Assembly: GCA_019057385.1 (NCBI GenBank)
Contig: JAHQJS010000004.1
Location: 96,001-160,000 of the forward strand
From: Candidatus Borrarchaeum weybense
Lineage (GTDB): Archaea > Asgardarchaeota > Sifarchaeia > Borrarchaeales > Borrarchaeaceae
Length of the DNA stretch: 64,000 nt
Direction: 5' to 3'
Positions within the stretch are counted from its first letter, which is position 1. Each line of letters begins with the position of its first letter. Below are positions 29,519 to 39,335 of the stretch, one piece after another. Made by a program: the position numbers and the translations under genes. A model generated the notes under the pieces. That model did no database searches. It was not told the DNA's origin and was given only the letters and a program-made list of their open reading frames with translations.

Positions 29519-30535
29519 TTATTGGCTTTCTTCTTTGTCTTCCCAATCTTTATAGGCATCTGTCTCGGCGACAAAGGCATCAAAAAACTTCTTTACACTG
29601 CCTAAAGTAGACTCAACGGCACGAAGCTCGTGAATATCTTCTCTCATTTTTGCAATTTCTTCATAAAGACCTTTCAAAAGCGATAAGAGTTCTTCTCTAG
29701 ATTTAGTTAAAGCTTCTTTTTCGCCTAAAGAACTTTCTACAAATTTTCTTATTTCTTCGACTGTTGGTTGCATATCCATCAGACTAACGCCCGTTTGAAG
29801 AAGATCCGTCGCTCTTTCAATTTCGATTCTTGCTTTTTCATCTCTTTCATAAAGATCTTGTTTATCAGTTTCAAGTAGTTCCCTTACGTCGCTCTGAAGG
29901 TTTCCAAAGGTTTCTGGGAGGGTTGCAGCGAATTCAGCAAACTCATCCAGTCGATTGAGACGAGACTCAACATTTTGCATAGTCTCATTTATTTTAGAGA
30001 GATTATCATCAATTTTATTAGAAATGGTTGTTGTTATCGTTTCTATTTCATCAAAACCTGTTGCTTTTTTTATGCCTTCACGAATTTCTTTGATGATTTC
30101 ATTTCCTGGAAATTTCATGAGTTCAAGATGTATAGCTTCTACAGTCTCTTGTCGCGCAAATCCCTCCATTTTTTCTGATAATGGGCTGATATCAGGTGAT
30201 TGGACATCTGTTCGATTAGCAAAAGACTCTAAAGCCGTTTTAATCTCATTAATGACTTCTGAAGAAATACCGCTTGATTCTGCTTGAGTTGGTACATTAA
30301 CACTTTCAATTTTTTCAAGGATTTCAATAAGCGTATTTTCATGTGCCATTTCAGCACCCAGAGTGTTAATTAACTCTTTAATAGGCTCGATATCTAATTT
30401 TGCTTTTATTTCTTGCTTAGGGGCATTGCCTAAGAGCTGTACAAGATTAAATTTTATTTCTTCCAAAGAATCATTGATTGAATTAAGTTGTTCATTAATT
30501 TCATCGTCTTTTTTCTTTTTTGACAAGATTGACAC
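29519..30535 (-). CDS. Hypothetical acidic coiled-coil protein
   Basis: 338-aa ORF, almost entirely helical/heptad composition. Confidence 0.7.
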   Translation of the reverse strand: MSILSKKKKDDEINEQLNSINDSLEEIKFNLVQLLGNAPKQEIKAKLDIEPIKELINTLGAEMAHENTLIEILEKIESVNVPTQAESSGISSEVINEIKTALESFANRTDVQSPDISPLSEKMEGFARQETVEAIHLELMKFPGNEIIKEIREGIKKATGFDEIETITTTISNKIDDNLSKINETMQNVESRLNRLDEFAEFAATLPETFGNLQSDVRELLETDKQDLYERDEKARIEIERATDLLQTGVSLMDMQPTVEEIRKFVESSLGEKEALTKSREELLSLLKGLYEEIAKMREDIHELRAVESTLGSVKKFFDAFVAETDAYKDWEDKEESQ

Positions 30536-30829
30536 CCTGTTTTTTCGTGAAGTTACATTAACGTGATTTATTCTGAAAACAAATTTGCTTTAGTAAGTAT
30601 TGACACTATGATAAATAAAATTATTTCTCCTTTAGATTTTGTTAGGGGGATTTAATATGCATCAAAGCATTATTCTATGGTTAAAAAACTGCAAAATTGA
30701 CAAACGCCAATTTATTCCATGAAACAGATTGTTGGAAAGATAACATTAATGTAGTATTGGGTGAATTAATAATATGAAACCTTATTAATCATCGTAAAAC
30801 TTCTGAAATTTCGTTAGGAGGTTAACTTA

Positions 30830-31567
30830 GTGATTAACGCTGATTTTATACTCGCTCGCGAAACACAGTTGATGTATCAACGTGCAAAAGAGTTTAACCC
30901 AGTTAATGGTAACCTAAGACATTGGAGAGGTTTTCTGCCTGGCCGTGGATCGTATATTGGCTCAAAATTTGAAATTGATATTTATATCCCTTATGAGTTT
31001 CCGAGAAAACCTCCAGACGTCTGGATAAGGAATGTGAAGCATCCCAACGTAGATGCGCAAGGAAAATTGCATATGAAGATACTGGAACACGGTTGGCGTG
31101 GTGATTTTCATATTTATCACGTGGTCAATTCATTCAAAGGTTTATTTGCTAGAGCTCCCCTTGTTCCGGTAGGCGTAAAACCACCCCCGCCTTCTACTAA
31201 ACTTGTAGAAGAAACAGAAAAATTCAAACGACAGTCAGATGTCCTAGAAAGTGAGGTCGAACGACTTCAGGGAGTTATAATGAACAAAGATGATGAACTT
31301 GTACGATTAAAAGCAAGAATGACCGTTCATAACCTTCCTGAAACTGGAGAAGTTCGTAAAGAAGAAGTAATTCATACCTCAGCAACTACCGAAACTCTGC
31401 AGATGGACTTAGAGAGCGAAAAGATTGCAGTTGTTGATCTTATTGAAAATTTGGAGGAGAAGTTCAGAGAAGGAGAAATTGCGGCAGTTGAATATAGCAA
31501 ACTCTATAAGCGGTATTCCAAAGAGCTCTATCTCCTTAACAAGAAAATAGAGGAATCAAAAAAATAG
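30830..31567 (+). CDS. vps23: UEV-domain Vps23/TSG101-like ESCRT-I subunit
   Basis: E2 fold (FPRKPP.V...HPNVD..G) with His at the catalytic Cys position, PPPP linker, coiled coil, steadiness-box-like C-terminus. Confidence 0.85.
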   Translation: MINADFILARETQLMYQRAKEFNPVNGNLRHWRGFLPGRGSYIGSKFEIDIYIPYEFPRKPPDVWIRNVKHPNVDAQGKLHMKILEHGWRGDFHIYHVVNSFKGLFARAPLVPVGVKPPPPSTKLVEETEKFKRQSDVLESEVERLQGVIMNKDDELVRLKARMTVHNLPETGEVRKEEVIHTSATTETLQMDLESEKIAVVDLIENLEEKFREGEIAAVEYSKLYKRYSKELYLLNKKIEESKK

Positions 31568-31603
31568 AATATGACATGAGCGAAATCTAATGGAGGATTC
31601 TGC

Positions 31604-32239
31604 ATGGCACGCGAAAAAGATCAGGTAGAACTTGAAGCCGAACTATTTGCAACAATTGCAACGTTAGATACACTCACCAAAAGTCTCATTGAGGGAGATT
31701 TAGATCCCACCCTCTATAAACGCCAACTGAGATCTCTGATGAGAGACGCATTTAAAGCACGTATAAAATTGGACACACTGAATTTCAGTCTGGACACATT
31801 CATAAAAAAGGAGCAGATTATTGAAAAATTCCCTTATGGAGCAGAACGTTTACGTGTTGCTGAGGGCGATATACCTTCTATGCCGGCCACTGGTAAAGGT
31901 TCCATCGACACAATAGGTCCTTCTTTCGTCTCTGTTTCCAACATAGCTGCTAAGACAGCAGATGTAGTAGCCGATATGATTGAACTGATTGATCTTGCAA
32001 AACTCCGAAGTGTTGCTAGGATTGACCTTATTGTTCCTAATCTTGATGACATACTCCTGCTACTTGAGAATTTCCCAGGATTCGGTAAGGACTATTGGGC
32101 ATATGTAGAAATCGAGCGATGGCGTGATAATCTTAAGAAAGAGTCTCCTGATAAAATAATAGATGAAGAAATGGCCAAAAATTTGGAATATAATGCTGTC
32201 CGTTGGTTAAATGATTTTCGGAGACGCTTAAGAGAATAA
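31604..32239 (+). CDS. vps28: Vps28-like ESCRT-I subunit
   Basis: AELFATIATLD.L......G......Y...L..L N-terminus; C-terminal four-helix bundle ending F; follows vps23. Confidence 0.85.
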   Translation: MAREKDQVELEAELFATIATLDTLTKSLIEGDLDPTLYKRQLRSLMRDAFKARIKLDTLNFSLDTFIKKEQIIEKFPYGAERLRVAEGDIPSMPATGKGSIDTIGPSFVSVSNIAAKTADVVADMIELIDLAKLRSVARIDLIVPNLDDILLLLENFPGFGKDYWAYVEIERWRDNLKKESPDKIIDEEMAKNLEYNAVRWLNDFRRRLRE

Positions 32240-32264
32240 TCTTTGTTGTATGAGGTGTCCGAGC

Positions 32265-32987
32265 ATGGGATTACATGATATCGAGAAAAAGTTGAAACTC
32301 GAGCGAGATTTTAGGAAGAAAGGCACGGAACTCTTTTTTGCAGATTTGGGTAAGATGCTTACGTCTTTAAAAGAACTCCGAGGCGAACTAAAAAAGTTTG
32401 AGAAAAAATATGCCAAGGAACTGAAAACTATACCTTCATACAGAGAGAAAGTTGTACGTATGCGTGAAGAATTAGGATTGCCTTTAGAAATAGGTGTTTA
32501 TGAAGAAAAAGGTAAACCTAGATTGTTTGGTAAAGATAAATACTATGATAAACTTGGGCTAGAGGCCCTTGATATTCTTCAAAAACACAAAGAGACTTCT
32601 GGAGGCATTATAAGCCTTGCAGAGATAGTTTTGTTGGTAAATAAAGAAACTCCAGGAGTTACTATAAGCCCTGATGATATAAATAAAGCGTTAAAGCGTC
32701 TGGAAAAGGCAGATCTCGTAAATATATTTGAACTTAAATCTTCAGATGTAAAAATCGTTGAATTCATTCCAGTGGGCTTGAGCAGCGATCAGAACGAAGT
32801 ACTTGAACTGGCTAGTATCAATGGTTGGACAACTCTCGAAGAGGTCATGATGGAAAAAGGATGGTCTAAAGAAAGATCTGAAAGAGTTCTTAAAGCTTTT
32901 AAGGACGGCGGAATTGCTCGAATTGATTCAAGTTACGCAAGGGGTACAAGATATTATTTTCCTGGTTTAGGCGGCAGTTCATCATAA
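32265..32987 (+). CDS. vps22: Vps22/Vps36-like (EAP30) ESCRT-II subunit
   Basis: MGL..IEK, YYDKLG, SGGIISL, SPDDINKALKRL, LSSDQNEVLELA, GWSKER, YYFP. Confidence 0.87.
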   Translation: MGLHDIEKKLKLERDFRKKGTELFFADLGKMLTSLKELRGELKKFEKKYAKELKTIPSYREKVVRMREELGLPLEIGVYEEKGKPRLFGKDKYYDKLGLEALDILQKHKETSGGIISLAEIVLLVNKETPGVTISPDDINKALKRLEKADLVNIFELKSSDVKIVEFIPVGLSSDQNEVLELASINGWTTLEEVMMEKGWSKERSERVLKAFKDGGIARIDSSYARGTRYYFPGLGGSSS

Positions 32988-33203
32988 TTAATTTTACCTT
33001 TTTTTAGTCTGACAGGCTACTATGCCCCTTATTGATGTTTTAAATAATATGGAGTACGATATTCCCTTAATAGGTCCCCTTCAAAATGCACTAATCTAAC
33101 CAACCTAAATGCCTTTAACTATAGTAATAAAAAATGAAAACTATCTGAACACTGATAAAGGCTTCGTTTCTGCTGTATAATCGAGACTACTGCTAAATTT
33201 GCG

Positions 33204-35990
33204 GTGAAAAAAGTGAGCGATATGTTAACTGAGAAGAAATTTCACTTGATGACCGTTGAAGAAACATATAACACTTTAGGATCAAAAGATGATGGTATTA
33301 GCAATAATGAGGCAAAGGTACGTCTCGAAAAATATGGACTGAATGAGATTCAAGAAGCTGAAAAAACAAGTCTCATTAAACTTTTTTTTGCTCAATTCAA
33401 ATCATTTCTTGTTTTGATCTTAGTCGCAGCTGTAGTTATTTCATTTGTTTCTTCAATTTTCTTTGGAGGAGAGATTTTTGAATCTATAGCGATTTTTGTG
33501 ATTGTTTTTGCCAACGCAGTTTTAGGGTTTGTACAAGAATACCGTGCTGAGAAAGCAATTGAAGCATTGAAACAGATTGCAGCACCAGAAGCATTGGTTT
33601 TCCGAAATGGCATCGCGATGCGAATCCCTTCAAGAGAATTAGTTCATGGTGATATTGTTCTTCTTGAAACTGGTAATAAAGTTCCTGCTGATGTACGCTT
33701 AATAGAAGCTATTAATCTCACAATAGAAGAAGCATCACTTACTGGAGAATCTGTTCCTGTTCATAAAATTGTTCAACCTCTTGAAACGGATGTTTTGCTT
33801 GCAGATCGTAAAAATATGGCGTATTCTGGCACTACTGTTGCATACGGACGAGGAAAAGGATTGGTCATTGCTACAGGAATGACTACAGAACTAGGCAAAA
33901 TAGCTCAATTAATTCAAACAGCAGAAGACGAACAAACACCACTACAAAAACGATTAGATGTTGTAGGCAAATGGCTTGGTATTGGCTGTATTATAGCAGC
34001 CGCGATCGTTGCATTGACGGGATTAATTCGTGCACCTGCCATTACGCAACTTTTTCTAGTAGAACTGTTTCTTTGGAGTGTTAGTATAGCTGTAGCTGGA
34101 GTTCCTGAAGCTCTTCCAGCAGTTGTGGTCATAGCACTAACTGTTGGTGTACAGAGAATGGCGAAAAGGAACTCAATTGTAAGGAGATTACCAGTGGTGG
34201 AGACCCTAGGCAGTACGTCCGTTATTTGTACTGATAAAACTGGTACACTTACCAAAAATGAAATGACTGTTTCTAAGTTGTATACTAATTCAAAAATTAT
34301 AGATGTTACTGGTTCTGGCTACTCCCCAAAAGGCGAATTTTTCTTAAAAGGAACAAATATTGATCCGCTAAAAAATTCCGATTTAAAACTCCTCCTTCAA
34401 GTTGGAACTTTGTGTAATGATGCCCATTTACAGATCAATGCTTCAATGAAAGAGAAAAATCCCTCAACTGATGACTTAGAGTTATTTGGAGATCCAACTG
34501 AAGGTTCTTTAATTGTTGCAGCAGCAAAGGCTGGTATTACCCATGAAGAACTAAAAGAAGAAAATCCGAGGATATGGGAGATCCCTTTCACATCAGAAAC
34601 CAAATTCATGGCAACAGTTCATGCAACAAATCATGAAACCCTATTTGTTGGTGTAAAGGGAGCACCTGAGACCATATTGTATCTATGCAAGAACATTCTT
34701 GAGGACGACAAAATTATTCCCTTAACCAATGAAAAAAGGGAAGAAATTAGTAACGTTAATTTAGATATGGGTGCTCAAGCCCTTCGCGTTTTAGGAATGG
34801 CTTATCGCGAAATTCAAGATACCAAAATGGAACTTACTGAGGAGACTGTTTTAAAGGACTTAGTGTTCGTTGGCTTGCAAGGGATGATAGATCCTCCACG
34901 AGAAGAAGTCATTAGAGCTGTGGAGAGAACGAAATCTGCATGTATTCGCACTGTAATGATTACTGGAGACCAAAAACTCACCGCGACAACAATAGCAAAA
35001 GAAATCGGAATTCTTGAAAAAGGGGACTTAGTTCTTACAGGAAAAGAACTTGAACAAATGGATGAAACAGAGTTTAATGAAATCGTCGATAAGGTATCCG
35101 TTTATGCGCGTGTGTCACCTGAAAACAAGAACAAAATTGTCAATGCATGGAGGGAGAAGGGTCATATCACTGCCATGACGGGTGACGGAATTAACGATGC
35201 TCCTGCTCTGAAAAGGGCAGATATTGGCATAGCCATGGGAATTACGGGCACAGATGTAGCTAAAGAAGCTAGTGATATGATTCTCACTGATGACAACTTT
35301 GCTACAATTGTAGCTGCAGTGGAAGAAGGAAGGGGAATTTTCGATAATATAAAAAAATATCTTTCATATCTTTTACGAGGCAATGTTGGCGAAATCCTTC
35401 TACTTTTCATAGCCGCAAGTTTCTTGGCACTTCCAATTCCATTATTGGCGATTCAAATCTTATGGATAAACCTTGTAACAGATGGTTTTCCCGCTGTAGC
35501 CTTAGGCGTCGATCCTAACGAACCTGATATACTTGACCGTCCGCCAAGAGATCCCAATGAAAGTGTGTTTGATACGAGGATACGTCTGTTTGTTGTGGGG
35601 ATGGCGACACTGATGGTAGCTACTACTTTGCCTCTATATTGGTGGATGATTAATACAGGTGCTTCAGTCGAATACGCAAGAACTATGATATTCAGTCTTG
35701 TAGTGGCGTTCGAACTATGGAGTGCCTTTGCAGCTCGCTCTGAAAAATATTCTCTTTTTAAGATTGGACCACTCACGAACAAATGGCTTGTTATTGCAGT
35801 AGTCTCTTCCATTGCTCTACAAATAGTAGTTGTGTACGTTCCATTTCTCCAACCAGTCTTTCACACAGTGCCTTTATCCCTGATGGACTGGGTACTCATC
35901 ATTCTCCTCAGTTCCACCGCACTTATTAGCGTAGAGATCGCAAAATTCCTCAAACCTTATGAACAATTTGTCTGTGAAACTCCACCATAA
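33204..35990 (+). CDS. P-type cation (Ca2+-type, P2A) transporting ATPase
   Basis: TGES, VPEALP, DKTGTLT, KGAPE, MITGD, TGDGINDAPAL, LWINLVTDG. Confidence 0.95.
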   Translation: MKKVSDMLTEKKFHLMTVEETYNTLGSKDDGISNNEAKVRLEKYGLNEIQEAEKTSLIKLFFAQFKSFLVLILVAAVVISFVSSIFFGGEIFESIAIFVIVFANAVLGFVQEYRAEKAIEALKQIAAPEALVFRNGIAMRIPSRELVHGDIVLLETGNKVPADVRLIEAINLTIEEASLTGESVPVHKIVQPLETDVLLADRKNMAYSGTTVAYGRGKGLVIATGMTTELGKIAQLIQTAEDEQTPLQKRLDVVGKWLGIGCIIAAAIVALTGLIRAPAITQLFLVELFLWSVSIAVAGVPEALPAVVVIALTVGVQRMAKRNSIVRRLPVVETLGSTSVICTDKTGTLTKNEMTVSKLYTNSKIIDVTGSGYSPKGEFFLKGTNIDPLKNSDLKLLLQVGTLCNDAHLQINASMKEKNPSTDDLELFGDPTEGSLIVAAAKAGITHEELKEENPRIWEIPFTSETKFMATVHATNHETLFVGVKGAPETILYLCKNILEDDKIIPLTNEKREEISNVNLDMGAQALRVLGMAYREIQDTKMELTEETVLKDLVFVGLQGMIDPPREEVIRAVERTKSACIRTVMITGDQKLTATTIAKEIGILEKGDLVLTGKELEQMDETEFNEIVDKVSVYARVSPENKNKIVNAWREKGHITAMTGDGINDAPALKRADIGIAMGITGTDVAKEASDMILTDDNFATIVAAVEEGRGIFDNIKKYLSYLLRGNVGEILLLFIAASFLALPIPLLAIQILWINLVTDGFPAVALGVDPNEPDILDRPPRDPNESVFDTRIRLFVVGMATLMVATTLPLYWWMINTGASVEYARTMIFSLVVAFELWSAFAARSEKYSLFKIGPLTNKWLVIAVVSSIALQIVVVYVPFLQPVFHTVPLSLMDWVLIILLSSTALISVEIAKFLKPYEQFVCETPP

Positions 35991-36026
35991 AAAATTAAAT
36001 TAAAAGAACATAGAGTCTTTTACAAT

Positions 36027-37127
36027 TCAATTATACCTTTTCTTAAACAATTTTTTTCTAAAAACAAAGACTAGAGTTCCAAAAAGAACTATTACACCAC
36101 TTACTATCAGAATTGACAGAATTAAATTAGATGACATAGGATCCAGTTCAAGTTTTTCTAAATAGTACTCCATGGTTCGCCCAACTTTACTTAGACTTTC
36201 TCGGTCTACATTTTCTATAGTATCATTTGTTGTATGATGCCATTTGAAGAAATCGTATCCATCCTTACTCCTTTGTTGGATTATATCCACGGCTGGAATT
36301 CCAGCGTTGATGAAGGGGCGATGGTCATCTATTATCGACGATCCTGTCTGGTCTAAAAAATTCTCGCCGTAACCGAGTTCATTTGCCAAATCCCAAATCT
36401 TATTTGTTTGCTGGGAATCAGAAGAGCTTTCTTTGTGCAAATTCAAATTATAATCTCCCACGATATCTAAAATCACCGCTAATTTCATTCGATTTTTATC
36501 TGAATCAGAGAGACTTTTGACAAAATAAGTGCTTCCAATAATCCACCCACTCTGTCCACCTTTCCAACCAGAAATGCCTCCTTGGTCTTCTGCGTCGAAT
36601 AGAACTATCCAAACTTCATATCCTTCCGGGATAGATACGGTTCTTGCCAGTTCTAACAAAACCACAACCCCTGACCCGCCGTCATTTATTCCTGGAACTG
36701 GATCTTTGCGTTTAGTTCTATCGGGATCCTTATCAGCCCACGCTCTGGCATCATAATGTGCTCCTAGAACTATGATTCCCTTGGAATTATCATTTTGGTT
36801 AGATTTTTTGGCGATTAAATTATTGAGTGTGATGCTTGGACCGCTATGTGCCCAACTTTGAATTTCTACACTCCATAACGAATTTTCCAGTGTTTTTTTT
36901 GCATATGCTAGAAAATCTTGGCTGTTTTCACTTCCCGGAAGAAGAGGCGCCAACTGATCATATTTTTTAAGATGCTTAAATGCTACACCTGTATCAAATT
37001 CCAGATCAGGTTGACTTAATGCCTGTAACTGTTGAGTTTGGAAAGGGCAAATGATCGTACAGACTATCAGAAACGCAATACCGAAAGTCTGGAATTTGGA
37101 ATTAAAATACAAAAAACCACCAAACAA
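36027..37127 (-). CDS. M28 family peptidase / glutaminyl-cyclase-like, N-terminal signal and C-terminal TM anchor
   Basis: GAHYD, GINDGGSGV, FDAED, DDH.PF, WHHT..D. Confidence 0.88.
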   Translation of the reverse strand: MFGGFLYFNSKFQTFGIAFLIVCTIICPFQTQQLQALSQPDLEFDTGVAFKHLKKYDQLAPLLPGSENSQDFLAYAKKTLENSLWSVEIQSWAHSGPSITLNNLIAKKSNQNDNSKGIIVLGAHYDARAWADKDPDRTKRKDPVPGINDGGSGVVVLLELARTVSIPEGYEVWIVLFDAEDQGGISGWKGGQSGWIIGSTYFVKSLSDSDKNRMKLAVILDIVGDYNLNLHKESSSDSQQTNKIWDLANELGYGENFLDQTGSSIIDDHRPFINAGIPAVDIIQQRSKDGYDFFKWHHTTNDTIENVDRESLSKVGRTMEYYLEKLELDPMSSNLILSILIVSGVIVLFGTLVFVFRKKLFKKRYN

Positions 37128-37233
37128 GCAATTAATAGAATATTTGAAAGATTTTATTATTTGTAGATTTATGAAATCAAAAGCCTTTTTCTTTCAATTT
37201 GCGGGAAACTCTTGATATAACAGATTGCTTCTT

Positions 37234-38019
37234 TCAGAAACTGATTTCAATGGCTTTTTCATCGACCTTTGTTGCATATCCCTTCTTAACCATAATTCTC
37301 ATAATCTCATTGAGTTCCTTAGGTGGGATGGTACTGAATGACTGCTTCGCTCTCACAAGATCAATTAGGGTTATTACCCAGGAATCTTGGGCCCAGGCTT
37401 CTAGTATCCACTCGTAAATGATATCGGACCAAGCTTCCAGACTCTTCCAATATATTCTGAGTCGTGTTTCCTCTTTGCTTATCCACCTAGCGAGATCACG
37501 CGCGATTAAGAATTCCATGATGGATCTTATGTCTTCTTCTGAGAGTCCTCTTTTGATTTCGTCGTTGTAAAAGGGGTACTGATCCGTGAGCTCTAAGATG
37601 CCCACGATATGCTTCGTGAAATACTTAGCCCAGTCCAAAAGAAGGTTTCCCCAGTCTTCCTTCCACGATTCATAATGGTCTTTTTTTGAGTGAGGAGGAC
37701 ATGAAAACATCCATGGATGCGAAATCCATTCATATTTCTTTTGAAAATACTCTTTTGCCTGTGCCTCAGCGTCGTGAGTTTTAGCTTTTTCTAGCTCAAT
37801 TTCTGCGTTTTCAATCTCTTTTTCAAGTATTTCAATCTCTTTATCCACTACAGCAGTTATTGTTTCTTTTGGTTTTTTAACAGTCACTTTTTCTTTGGTC
37901 TTTTTTACTTTTGTCTTTGTCTTAACTCCTGTTTCTTCATGTATTTCTTCTTTCGGAGTTGATTCCTTGTCCTTTGCCGTTTTCTTTTTTTCTTTCTTTT
38001 TCACTGACAACTCTATCAC
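37234..38019 (-). CDS. vps25: Vps25-like ESCRT-II subunit with K/E-rich N-terminal extension
   Basis: HPWMFSCPP, W..L..W, PF.N.EIKR.L, IYWKSLEAWSD.IYEW, KKG.A; directly downstream of vps4. Confidence 0.82.
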   Translation of the reverse strand: MIELSVKKKEKKKTAKDKESTPKEEIHEETGVKTKTKVKKTKEKVTVKKPKETITAVVDKEIEILEKEIENAEIELEKAKTHDAEAQAKEYFQKKYEWISHPWMFSCPPHSKKDHYESWKEDWGNLLLDWAKYFTKHIVGILELTDQYPFYNDEIKRGLSEEDIRSIMEFLIARDLARWISKEETRLRIYWKSLEAWSDIIYEWILEAWAQDSWVITLIDLVRAKQSFSTIPPKELNEIMRIMVKKGYATKVDEKAIEISF

Positions 38020-38028
38020 CAGAAGCGC

Positions 38029-39177
38029 CTAATCTGCCCCGAATTCTGCAAACCATTCATCAAATCTTAGTAGTTCACCAGAAGAAACGCTTGGTCTAAT
38101 TTTTTCCATAGCTAAGGTGAAGTCTCCTTTTGCTACATGTCGAACTTGAACACTTGTATCTGTTAAAGCACCAGCAGCATCTAATTCACGGACTGGCATC
38201 ATTATTGCCTCTCGGCATATAAGAGCAATATCTGCACCAGAATAGCCTTCCGAAAGCATAGCTAACTCTTCAAAGTTGACCTCTGGTGCGTGTTCTACAC
38301 CTTTAGTATGTATTTTAAATATTGCTTGGCGTGCTTCCAAATCAGGTAGGGGAACATAAATCCTCTTTTCAAAACGTCTTCGAAAGGCAGCATCTATTTC
38401 CCACGGAATGTTAGTTGCACCTAAAACAACAATCCTATCTTCTGCCTTGCTAGTAACACCATCCATAGCCTGCATGAGTTGTGTTTTGACTCTCCGAAGT
38501 GCATCGTGTTCGCCAGCAGCCCGTTCTGTGGCAATAGAGTCAACCTCATCAATGAATACCAGCGAAGGCATTTTCTCTTTTGCTGCTTCAAACAACTCCC
38601 TCACTAGTTTTTCACTCTCTCCAAGCCACTTGCTTATTATCGCTGCTGCTGAAACATTGAAAAAGGTTGCATCACATTCAGTAGCTACAGCCTTAGCAAT
38701 TAATGTCTTTCCACATCCTGGAGGACCAAAAAGCATAATACCCTTCCACGGTTTTCTAGCTCCCTTAAATAGATCTGGACGGACCATAGGCAGAATAATA
38801 GCTTCTCGTAACGCAGATTTAGCCGCTACTAAACCCGCTACATCATCCCATGCAACATTAGGTTTTTCTCCAACGATCGTCTCTTCGATTGCAGCCTCAA
38901 TTTCGTCCTCTGATTTATCAGCCTCACTGTCTACACTGACTGGTTTCTTAGCAATTTCTTTTAACTCAGTTGCGCGTGCTAAGTATTCTCTTGCTTTTCT
39001 ATAATAGAGGTTCCTCATATCTTTGCTTTGCTCAAGACCAATAAGCTTCTGAAGAACGGTAGCTGCATTTAGATAGTTAGTAATTGCTTCCTTATATCTT
39101 CGTGCCTGATCTAGTTTAAGTGCTTTCTTTGCATAGTTTGATGCTTGTTGGAGCATAGCTTGACTCATATTCGTCAC
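38029..39177 (-). CDS. vps4: Vps4 AAA+ ATPase with MIT domain
   Basis: MIT (A...D....Y.EA...Y), KPNVAWDDVAGL, PWKGIMLFGPPGCGKT, SKWLGESEK, FIDEVD, RRRFEKRIY. Confidence 0.95.
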   Translation of the reverse strand: MTNMSQAMLQQASNYAKKALKLDQARRYKEAITNYLNAATVLQKLIGLEQSKDMRNLYYRKAREYLARATELKEIAKKPVSVDSEADKSEDEIEAAIEETIVGEKPNVAWDDVAGLVAAKSALREAIILPMVRPDLFKGARKPWKGIMLFGPPGCGKTLIAKAVATECDATFFNVSAAAIISKWLGESEKLVRELFEAAKEKMPSLVFIDEVDSIATERAAGEHDALRRVKTQLMQAMDGVTSKAEDRIVVLGATNIPWEIDAAFRRRFEKRIYVPLPDLEARQAIFKIHTKGVEHAPEVNFEELAMLSEGYSGADIALICREAIMMPVRELDAAGALTDTSVQVRHVAKGDFTLAMEKIRPSVSSGELLRFDEWFAEFGAD

Positions 39178-39335
39178 CTTTCCGAATTAGCAGGGCATTA
39201 TATTTATCTGAATAATGAATGAACAACCATTCTAAAAAAATCTTTTGAAGTACTCTTAGAAGGATTCTTTTGAAATGTTAGAAATCTCAAAAAGTGGTCA
39301 AGTTAAACCGTTAAGGTCTTAACTGTGCTTATTAT

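Noticed and set aside
29519-30535. Possible ESCRT-III (Snf7) or CdvA assignment for the coiled-coil ORF
   Set aside because: Length and charge pattern do not show the basic-N/acidic-C Snf7 core or a PRC barrel; left as hypothetical
30830-31567. Active E2 ubiquitin-conjugating enzyme
   Set aside because: The catalytic Cys position after HPN is His, and the C-terminal coiled coil/steadiness box indicates UEV-Vps23
38408-39004. 198-aa + strand ORF and the many similar short opposite-strand ORFs in the track
   Set aside because: They lie fully antisense to well-supported genes and have no recognisable motifs
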